Positions 52,801 to 64,000 of a stretch of DNA of 64,000 nt are shown here, in pieces. Source of the stretch: Eledone cirrhosa (lineage: Eukaryota); NCBI GenBank assembly GCA_964016885.1, contig OZ024740.1:440324001-440388000 (forward strand), read 5' to 3'. Made by a program: the position numbers and the translations under genes. Each line of letters starts with the position of its first letter. Within the stretch, counting starts at the first letter, position 1. The notes beneath the pieces are model-generated. The model saw nothing but the letters and a program-made list of their open reading frames with translations, made no database searches and was not told the DNA's origin.

Positions 52801-55800
52801 ATGGATGTAGAGTGAGCGATATGGATGTAGGCAGTGTGATATGGATGTACAGTGAGGGATGTGGATGTAGATTCTGTGATATGGATGTAAAATGTGTGAT
52901 ATGGATGTAGATTGTAGTGATATGGATGTAGAGTGTGTGATATGGATGTCGAATATGTGTGATATGGATGTAGAATGTGTGAGATACATGTAGAGTGTGT
53001 GATATGGATGTAGAATGTGTGGTATGGATGTAGAGCGTGTGACATGGATGTGGAGTGTGTAGTAAGGATGTAGAATGTGTCATATGGATGAAGAGTGTGT
53101 GATATAGATGTATAACGTGTGATATGGATGTAGAGTTGTGATATGGATGTAGAGTATAGTGATATGGATGTAGAATGTGTGATATTGCTGTAGAGTGTGT
53201 GATATAGATGTAGAGTGTGTGATATGGATGTAGAGTGTGTGATATGGATGTAGAATATGTGATATGGATGTAGAGTGTGTGATATGGATGTAGAGTGTGT
53301 GATATGAATGTAACCTGTGTGTGATATGGATGAAGTATGTATGATATGGATGTAGAATATGTGATATGGATGTAACCTGTGTGTGATATAGATGTAGAGT
53401 GTAGTGATATGGATGTAGAGTGTTTGATATGGATGTAGAGTGTGTGATATGGATGTGGAATGTGTGATATGGATGTAGAAAGTGTGATATGGATGTGGAA
53501 TGTGTGATATGGATGTAGAGTGTATGATATGGATGTAGAGTGTGTGACATGGATGTAGAACGTGTGATGTGGTTGTCGAATGAGTGATATGGATGTAGAG
53601 TGTGTGACATGGATGTAGAATGTGTGACATGGATGTAGAATGTGTGATATGGATGTAGAGTGTGTGATATGGATGTAGATTGTAGCTATATGCATGTAGA
53701 ATGTGTGATATGGATGTAGAGTGCCTGATATGGATGTAGAGTGTGTGATATGGATGTAGAGTGGGTGATAATGATGTAGAATGTGTGATATGGATATAGA
53801 GTGCCTGATATGGATGTAGAGTGTGTGATATGGATGTAGAATGTGTGATATGGATGTAGAGTGTGTGACATGGATGTAGAGTGTGTAATATGGATATAGA
53901 ATGTGTCATATGGATGTAGAAGTTGTGGTATGGATATAGAGTAGGTGATATGGATGTAGAGTGTCTGATATGGATGCAGAGCGTGTGATATGGATGTAGC
54001 GTGTGCGTTATGAATGTAGTGTGTGATATGGATGTAGAGTGTGTCATATGGATATAGAATGTGTGATATGGATGTAGAATGTGTAATATTGATGTAGAGT
54101 GTGTGATATGGATGTAGAGTGTGTGATATGAATGTAGAGTGTGTGATATGGATGTAATATGTGTGATATGGATGTAGAGTGTGTGATATGGATGTAGATT
54201 GGGTGATATGGATGTAGAGTGTAGTGATATGGATGTACAGTGTTTGATATGGATGTAGTGTTATGATATGGATGTAGAGTGTGTGATATGGATGTGGAAT
54301 GTGTGATATGGATGTAGAATATGTGATATGGATATAGAACGTGTGATATGTATGTAGAATGTAATTATATGGATTTAGCGTGTGTGATATGGATGTAGAA
54401 TGAGTGATATGGATGTAGAATGTGTAATATGGATGTAGAATGTGTGATATGGATGTAGAGTGTAGTGATAAGGATGTAGAATGTGTGATATGGATATAGA
54501 GCGTGTAATATGGATGTAGAATGTGTAATATGGATGTAGGCAGTGTGATATGGATGTACAGTGAGTGATGTGGATGTAGAGTGTCTGATATGGATGCACA
54601 GTATGTTATATGGATGTGGAACGTGTGATATGGATGTAGAACGTGTGATACTGATGTAGACTGTGTGATATGGATGTAGTTTGTGTTATATGGATGTAGA
54701 GTGTGCGATATGAATGTAGACAGTGTGATATGGATGTAGAGTGTGTCAGATGGATGTAGAATGTGTGAAATGGATGTAGAGTGTAGTGAAATGGATGTAG
54801 AATGTGTGATATGGATGTAGAACGTGTGATATGGATATAGAGTGTGTGCTATGGAAGTAGAGTGTGCCATATGGATGTAGGCAATTTGATATGCATGTAC
54901 AGTGAGTGATGTGGATGTAGAATGTGTTATATGGATGTAGAGTGTGTGATATGGATGTAGAGTGTGTGATATGGATGTAGAATGTGTGATATGGACGTAG
55001 AGTGTGTGATATGGATGTTGAATGTGTGATGTAGATGTAGAGTGTGTGATATAGATGTAGAGTGTAGTTATATGGATGTAGAATGTGTGATATGTATGTA
55101 GAGTGTGTGATATGGATTTAGAGTGTGTGATATGTATGTAGAATGTGTGATGTGGTTGTCGAATGAGTGATATGGATGTAGAGTGGGTGACATGGATGTA
55201 GAATGTGTGATATGGATGTAGAATGTGTGATATGGATGTAGAATATGTGATATGGATGTAGAGTGTGTGATATGGATGCAGAGTGTAGCGATATGCATGT
55301 AGAATGTGTGATATGGATGTAGAATGTGTGATATGGATATAGAGTGCCTGATATGGATGTAGAGTGTGTGATATGGATGTAGAATGTGTGATATGGATGT
55401 AGAGCTTGTGACATGGATGTGGAGTGTGTAATAAAGATGTAGAATGTGTCATATGGATATAGAGTGCCTGATATGTATGTAGAAAGTGTGATATGTATAT
55501 AGGGTGTGTGATATAAATGTAGAAAGTGAGATATGGATGTAGAGTTTGTGATATGGATGTAGAGTATAGTGATATGGATGTAGAATGTGTGATATTGATG
55601 TAGAGTGTGTGATATGGATGTAGAGTGTGTGATATGGATGTAGATTGTATGATATGGATGTAGAATATGTGATATGGATGTAGAGTGTGTGATATGGATG
55701 TAGAGTGTGTGATATGAATGTAACCTGTGTGTGATATGGATGTAGTATGTATGATATGGATGTAGAGTGTGTGATATGGATGTAACCTGTGTGTGATATG

Positions 55801-57499
55801 GATGTAGTATGTATGATATAGTTGTAGAGTGTAGTGATATGGAAGTAGAGTGTTTGATATGGATGTAGAGTGAGTGATATGCATGTAGATTGTAGCGATA
55901 TGCATGTAGAATGTGTGATATGGATGTAGAGTGCCTGATATGGATATAGAGTGCCTGATATGGTTGTAGAGTGTGTGATATGGATGTAGAGCGTGTGACA
56001 TGGATGTAGAGTGTATAATATGGATGTAGAACGTGTCATATGGATATAGAGTGCCTGATATGTATGTAGAATGTGTGATATGGATATAGGGTGTGTGATA
56101 TGGATGTAGGATGTGTGATATGGATGTAGAATGTGTGATATGGATATAGAGTGTGTAATATGGATGTAAAGTGAGCGATATGGATGTAGGCAGTGTGATA
56201 TGGATGTACAGTGAGGGATGTGGATGTAGATTCTGTGATATGGATGTAAAATGTGTGATATGGATGTAGATTGTAGTGATATGGATGTAGAGTGTGTGAT
56301 ATGGATGTCGAATATGTGTGATATGGATGTAGAATGTGTGAGATGGATGTAGAGTGTGTGATATGGATGTAGAATGTGTGGTATGGATGTAGAGCGTGTG
56401 ACATGGATGTGGAGTGTGTAGTAAGGATGTAGAATGTGTGATATGGATGAAGAGTGTGTGATATAGATGTATAACGTGTGATATGGATATAGAGTTGTGA
56501 TATGGATGTAGAGTATAGTGATATGGATGTAGAATGTGTGATATTGATGTAGAGTGTGTGATATAGATGTAGAGTGTGTGATATGGATGTAGAGTGTGTG
56601 ATATGGATGTAGAATATGTGATATGGATGTAGAGTGTGTGATATGGATGTAGAGTGTGTGATATGAATGTAACCTGTGTGTGATATAGATGTAGAGTGTA
56701 GTGATATGGATGTAGAGGGTTTGATATGGATGTAGAGTGTGTGATATGGATGTGGTATGTGTGATATGGATGTAGAAAGTGTGATATGGATGTAGAATGT
56801 GTGATATGGATGTAGAGTGAGTGATATGGATGTAGATTGTAGCGATATGCATGTAGAACGTGTGATATGAATGTAGAGTGCCTGATATGGATATAGAGTG
56901 CCTGATATGGATGTAGAGTGTGTGATATGGATGTAGAATGTGTGATATGGATGTAGAGCGTGTGACATGGATGCAGAGTGTGTAATATGGATGTAGAACG
57001 TGTCATATGGATATAGAGTGTGTGATATGTATGTAGAATGTATGATATGGATGTAGGGTGTGTGATATGGATGTAGGATGTGTGATATGGATGTAGAGTG
57101 TGTGATATAGATGTAGAGTGAGCGATATGGATGTAGGCATTGTGATATATATGTACAGTGAGGGATGTGGATGTAGATTCTGTGATATGGATGTAGATTG
57201 TAGTGATATGGATGTAGAGTGTGTGATAAGGATGTAGAGTGTGTGATATGGATGTAGAATGTGTGATATGGATGTAGAATGTAGTGATATGGATGTTGAG
57301 TGTGTGATATGGATGTAGAATATGTGATATGAATATAGAGTGCCTGATATGGATGTAGAGTGTGTGATACGGATGTAGAATGTGTGATATGGATGTAGAG
57401 CGTGTGACATGGATGTAGAGTGTGTAATAAGGATGTAGAATGTGTCATATGGATGAAGAGTGTGTGATATGGATGTAGAACGTGTGATATGGATATAGA

Positions 57500-60400
57500 G
57501 TGTGTGATATGGAAGAAGAGTGTGCCATATGGATGTAGGCAGTATGATATGGATGTACAGTGAGTGATGTGGATGTAGAGTGTGTTATATTGATGTAGAG
57601 TGTGTGATATGGATGTAGAGTGTGTGATATGGATGTAGAATGTGTGATATGGACGTAGAGTGTGTGATATGGATGAAGAACGTGTGATATGGATGTTGAA
57701 TGTGTGATGTAGTTGTAGAGTGTGTGATATGGATATAGAGTGTAGTTATATGGATGTAGAATGTGTGATATATATGTAGAGTGTGTGATATGGATTTTGA
57801 ATGTGTGATATGGATCTAGAATGTGTGATGTGGTTGTCGAATGAGTGATATGGATGTAGAGAGTATGACATGGATGTAGAATCTGTGATATGGATGTAGA
57901 ATGTGTGATATGGATGTAGAGTGAGTGATATGCATGTAGATTGTAGCGATATGCATGTAGAATGTGTGATATGGATGTAGAGTGCCTGATATGGATATAG
58001 AGTGTCTGATATGGTTGTAGAGTGTATGATATGGATCTAGAGTGTGTGATATGGATGTGGAATGTGTGATATGGATGTAGAATGTGTGATATAGATGTAG
58101 AACGTGTGATATGCATGTAGAATGTAATTATATGGATGTAGCGTGTGTGATATGGATGTAGGATGAGTGATATGGATGTAGAATGTGTAATATGGATGTA
58201 GAATGTGTGATATGGATGTAGAGTGTAGTGATAAGGATGTAGAATGTGTGATATGGATATAGAGTGTGTAATATGGATGTAGAGTGTGTAATATGGATGT
58301 AGGCAGTGTGATATGGATATACAGTGAGTGATGTGGATGTAGAGTGTCTGATATGGATGCACAGTGTGTTATATGGATGTGGAACGTGTGATATGGATGT
58401 AGAACGTGTGATACTGATGTAGACTGTGTGATATGGATGTAATGTGTGTTATATAGATGTAGAGTGTGCAATATGAATGTAGACAGTGTGATATGGATGT
58501 AGAGTGTGTCAGATGGATGTAGAATGTGTGAAATGGATGTAGAGTGTAGTGATATGGATGTAGAATGTGTGATATGGATGTAGAACGTGTGATATGGATA
58601 TAGAGTGTGTGATATGGAAGTAGAGCGTGCCATATGGATGTAGGCAGTTTGATATGCATGTACAGTGAGTGATGTGGATGTAGAATGTGTTATATGGATG
58701 TAGAGTGTGTGATATGGATGTAGAATGTGTTATATGGACGTAGAGTGTGTGATATGGATGTTGAATGTGTGATGTAGATGTAGAGTGTGTGATATGGATG
58801 TAGAGTGTAGCGATATGCATGTAGAATGTGTGACATGGATGTAGAATTTATGATATGGATATAGAGTGCCTGATATGGATGTAGAGTGTGTGATATGGAT
58901 GTAGAATGTGTGATATGGATGTAGAGCGTGTGACATTGATGTGGAGTGTGTAATAAGGATGTAGAATGCGTCATATAGATATAGAGTGCCTGATATGTAT
59001 GTAGAAAGTGTGATATGGATGTAGGGTGTGTGATATAGATGTAGAAAGTGAGATATGGATGTAGAGTATAGTGATATGGATGTAGAATGTGTGATATTGA
59101 TGTAGAGTGTGTGATATGGATGTAGAGTGTGTGATATGGATGTAGATTGTGTGATATGGATGTAGAATATGTGATATGGATGTAGAGTTTGTGATATGGA
59201 TGTAGAGTGTGTGATATGAATGTAACCTGTGTGTGATATGGATGTAGTATGTATGATATGGATGTAGAGTGTATGATATGGATGTAACCTGTGTGTGATA
59301 TGGATGTAGTATGTATGATATAGATGTAGAGTGTAGTGATATGGATGTAGAGAGTTTGATATGGATGTAGAGTGTGTGATATGGATGTGGAATGTGTGAT
59401 ATGGATGTAGAATGTGTGATATGGATGTAGAGTGTTTGATATGGATGTAGAGAGTATGATATGGATGTAGAGTGTGTGATATGGATGTAGAATGTGTGAT
59501 GTGGTTGTCGAATGAGTGATATGGATGTCGAATGAGTGATATGCATGTAGATTGTAGCGATATGCATGTAGAATGTGTGATATGGATGTAGAGTGCCTGA
59601 TATGGATATAGAGTGCCTGATATGGTTGTAGAGTGTATGATATGGATCTAGAGTGTGTGATATGCATGTGGAATGTGTGATATGGATGTAGAATGTGTGA
59701 TATAGATGTAGAACGTGTGATATGCATGTAGAATATAATTATATGGATGTAGCGTGTGTGATATGGATGTAGAATGAGTGATATGGATGTAGAATGTGTA
59801 ATATGGATGTAGAATGTGTGATATGGATGTAGAATGTAGTGATAAGGATGTAGAATGTGTGATATGGATATAGAGTGTGTAATATGGATGTAGAGTGTGT
59901 AATATGGATGTAGGCAGTGTGATATGGATGTACAGTGAGTGATGTGGATGTAGAGTGTCTGATATGGATGCACAGTGTGTTATATGGATGTGGAACGTGT
60001 GATATGGATGTAGAACGTGTGATACTGATGTAGACTGTGTGATATGGATGTAATGTGTGTTATATAGATGTAGAGTGTGCGATATGAATGTAGACAGTGT
60101 GATATGGATGTAGAGTGTGTCAGATGGATGTAGAATGTGTGAAATGGATGTAGAGTGTAGTGATATGGATGTAGAATGTGTGATATGGATGTAGAACGTG
60201 TGATATGGATATAGAGTGTGTGATATGGAAGTAGAGCGTGCCATATGGATGTAGGCAGTTTGATATGCATGTACAGTGAGTGATGTGGATGTAGAATGTT
60301 TTATATGGATGTAGAGTGTGTGATATGGATGTAGAATGTGTGATATGGACGTAGAGTGTGTGATATGGATGTTGAATGTGTGATGTAGATGTAGAGTGTG

Positions 60401-63400
60401 TGATATGGATGTAGAGTGTAGCGATATGCATGTAGAATGTGTGATATGGATGTAGAATTTGTGATATGGATATAGAGTGCCTGATATGGATGTAGAGTGT
60501 GTGATATGGATGTAGAACGTGTGATATGGATGTAGAGCGTGTGACATGGATGTGGAGTGTGTAATAAGGATGTAGAATGTGTCATATGGATATAGAGTGC
60601 CTGATATGTATGTAGAAAGTGTGATGTGGATGTAGGGTGTGTGACATAGATGTAGAAAGTGAGATATGGATGTAGAGTATAGTGATATGGATGTAGAATG
60701 TGTGATATTGATGTAGAGTGTGTGATATGGATGTAGAGTGTGTGATATGGATGTAGATTGTGTGATATGGATGTAGAATATGTGATATGGATGTAGAGTG
60801 TGTGATATGGATGTAGAGTGTGTGATATGAATGTCACCTGTGTGTGATATGGATGTAGTATGTATGATATGGATGTAGGGTGTATGATATGGATGTAACC
60901 TGTGTGTGATATAGATGTAGAGTGTAGTGATATGGATGTAGAGTGTTTGATATGGATGTAGAGTGTGTGATATGGATGTGGAATGTGTGATATGGATGTA
61001 GAAAGTGTGATATGGATGTAGAGTGTTTGATATGGATGGAGAGAGTATGATATGGATGTAGAGTGTGTGATATGGATGTAGAATGTGTGATGTGTTTGTC
61101 GAATGAGTGATATGGATGTAGAATGTGTGATATGGATGTAGAGTGAGTGATATGGATGTAGATTGTAGCGATATGCATGTAGAATGTGTGATATGGATGT
61201 AGAGTGTGTGATATGGATGTAGAATGTGTGATATGGATGTAGAATGTGTGATATGGATGTAGAGCGTGTGACATGGATGTAGAGTGTGTAAAATGGATGT
61301 AGAATGTGTCATATGGATATAGAGTGCCTGATATGTATGTAGAATGTGTGATATGGATGTAGGGTTTGTGATATGGATGTAGGATGTGTGATATGGATGT
61401 AGAGCGTGTGACATGGATGTAGAGTGTGTAAAATGGATGTAGAATGTGTCATATGGATATAGAGTGCCTGATATGTATGTAGAATGTGTGATATGGATGT
61501 AGGATGTGTGATATGGATGTAGAATGTGTGATATGGATATAGAGTGTGTGATATGGATGTAGAGTGAGCGATATGGATGTAGGCAGTGTGATATGTATGT
61601 ACAGTGAGGGATGTGGATGTAGATTCTGTGATATGGATGTAGAATGTGTGATATGGATGTAGATTGTAGTGATATGGATGTAGAGTGTGTGATATGGATG
61701 TAGAATATGTGTGATATGGATGTAGAATGTGTGAGATGGATGTAGAATGTGTGATATGGATGTAGAATGTGTGATATGGATGTAGAATGTAGTGGTATGG
61801 ATGTTGAGTGTGTGATATGGATGTAGAATATGTGATATGAATATAGAGTGCCTGATATGGATGTAGAGTGTGTGATATGGATGTAGAATGTGTGATATGG
61901 ATGTAGAGCGTGTGACATGGATGTAGAGTGTGTAATAAGGATGTAGAATGTGTCATATGGATGAAGAGTGTGTGATATGGATGTAGAGTGTGTGATATGG
62001 AAGAAGAGTGTGCCATATGGATATAAGCAGTGTGATATGGATGTACAGTGAGTGATGTGGATGTAGAGTGTGTTATATTGATGTAGAGTGTGTGATATGG
62101 ATGTAGATTGTGTGATATGGATGTAGAATGTGTGATATGGACGTAGAGTGTGTGATATGGATGAAGAACGTGTGATATGGATGTTGAATGTGTGATGTAG
62201 TTGTAGAGTGTGTGATATGGATATAGAGTGTAGTTATATGGATGTAGAATGTGTGATATATATGTAGAGTGTGTGATATGGATTTTGAATGTGTGATATG
62301 GATCTAGAATGTGTGATGTGGTTGTCGAATGAGTGATATGGATGTAGAGTGTATGACATGGATGTAGAATCTGTGATATGGATGTAGAATGTGTGATATG
62401 GATGTAGAGTGAGCGATATGCATGTAGATTGTAGCGATATGCATGTAGAATGTGTGATATGGATGTAGAGTGCCTGATATGGATATAGAGTGCCTGATAT
62501 GGTTGTAGAGTGTATGATATGGATCTAGAGTGTGTGATATGGATGTGGAATGTGTGATATGGATGTAGAATGTGTGATATAGATGTAGAACGTGTGATAT
62601 GCATGTAGAATGTAATTATATGGATGTAGCCTGTGTGATATGGATGTAGGATGAGTGATATGGATGTAGAATGTGTAATATGGATGTAGAATGTGTGATA
62701 TGGATGTAGAGTGTAGTGATAAGGATGTAGAATGTGTGATATGGATATAGAGTGTGTAATATGGATGTAGAGTGTGTAATATGGATGTAGGCAGTGTGAT
62801 ATGGATATACAGTGAGTGATGTGGATGTAGAGTGTCTGATATGGATGCACAGTGTGTTATATGGATGTGGAACGTGTGATATGGATGTAGAACGTGTGAT
62901 ACTGATGTAGACTGTGTGATATGGATGTAATGTGTGTTATATAGATGTAGAGTGTGCGATATGAATGTAGACAGTGTGATATGGATGTAGAGTGTGTCAG
63001 ATGGATGTAGAATGTGTGAAATGGATGTAGAGTGTAGTGATATGGATGTAGAATGTGTGATATGGATGTAGAACGTGTGATATGGATATAGAGTGTGTGA
63101 TATGGAAGTAGAGCGTGCCATATGGATGTAGGCAGTTTGATATGCATGTACAGTGAGTGATGTGGATGTAGAATGTGTTATATGGATGTAGAGTGTGTGA
63201 TATGGATGTAGAATGTGTTATATGGACGTAGAGTGTGTGATATGGATGTTGAATGTGTGATGTAGATGTAGAGTGTGTGATATGGATGTAGAGTGTAGCG
63301 ATATGCATGTAGAATGTGTGACATGGATGTAGAATTTATGATATGGATATAGAGTGCCTGATATGGATGTAGAGTGTGTGATATGGATGTAGAATGTGTG

Positions 63401-64000
63401 ATATGGATGTAGAGCGTGTGACATGGATATGGAGTGTGTAATAAGGATGTAGAATGCGTCATATAGATATAGAGTGCCTGATATGTATGTAGAAAGTGTG
63501 ATATGGATGTAGGGTGTGTGATATAGATGTAGAAAGTGAGATATGGATGTAGAGTATAGTGATATGGATGTAGAATGTGTGATATTGATGTAGAGTGTGT
63601 GATATGGATGTAGAGTGTGTGATATGGATGTAGATTGTGTGATATGGATGTAGAATATGTGATATGGATGTAGAGTTTGTGATATGGATGTAGAGTGTGT
63701 GATATGAATGTAACCTGTGTGTGATATGGATGTAGTATGTATGATATGGATGTAGAGTGTATGATATGGATGTAACCTGTGTGTGATATGGATGTAGTAT
63801 GTATGATATAGATGTAGAGTGTAGTGATATGGATGTAGAGAGTTTGATATGGATATAGAGTGTGTGATATGGATGTGGAATGTGTGATATGGATGTAGAA
63901 TGTGTGATATGGATGTAGAGTGTTTGATATGGATGTAGAGAGTATGATATGGATGTAGAGTGTGTGATATGGATGTAGAATGTGTGATGTGGTTGTCGAA
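57500..64000. repeat. Repeat at offset 4,488 bp (~57500-59512 matches ~61988-64000) with a nested 1,611-bp repeat
   Basis: ORFs at 58037/62525, 58369/62857 and 58730/63218 share offset 4488. ORFs at 58369/59980 and 58509/60120 share offset 1611. The last 10 nt of the window match 59503-59512. Confidence 0.85.

Larger units (their letters stand above)
8457..64000. repeat. 20-bp satellite DNA array, consensus GATATGGATGTAGA(G/A)TGTGT, roughly 2,750 monomers, continuing beyond the window
   Basis: Uninterrupted head-to-tail 20-nt periodicity in one orientation, with recurrent 21-bp (TGTAGTGAT, TGTAGCGAT, TGTAGTTAT), 18/19-bp and 22-bp variants. I saw no non-satellite insertion. Confidence 0.98.

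Noticed and set aside
8324-63462. More than 100 His-rich minus-strand ORFs as real genes
   Set aside because: All derive from the 20-bp satellite. They overlap in three frames and their starts and stops are sporadic monomer variants.
8457-64000. CRISPR-like array (regular repeat with a variable part)
   Set aside because: There are no unique spacers. The variation is point mutation within a 20-bp tandem monomer, no cas genes are present, and the context is eukaryote-like.

Overview
This window looks like eukaryotic, microsatellite-rich genomic DNA, about 95% tandem repeat, and I find no credible protein-coding gene. Nearly all long ORFs in the track are translations of stop-poor repeats. Layout: a 12-bp TG-rich minisatellite (1-4806); a degenerate (TG)n tract (~4925-5730); a ~2.7-kb complex island (5731-8456); and a 20-bp satellite array, consensus GATATGGATGTAGA(G/A)TGTGT, from ~8457 past the window end. 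The array contains nested kb-scale duplications with offsets of 9,918, ~4,300-4,400, 2,104, 2,866, 1,611 and 4,488 bp. The island holds the two most interesting objects. (1) A 653-bp near-perfect palindrome (325-bp arms, one mismatch, 3-nt spacer) set in TA repeats, resembling a foldback/MITE element. (2) A minus-strand type I hammerhead ribozyme fold at 7268-7361 whose core carries the compensatory U3-A8 pair instead of C3-G8, with a long loop II and a competing hairpin. It abuts a (TA)22 run and may mark the end of a Penelope-like or retrozyme-type element. All alignments and folds were done by eye, and the organism cannot be identified from the sequence.
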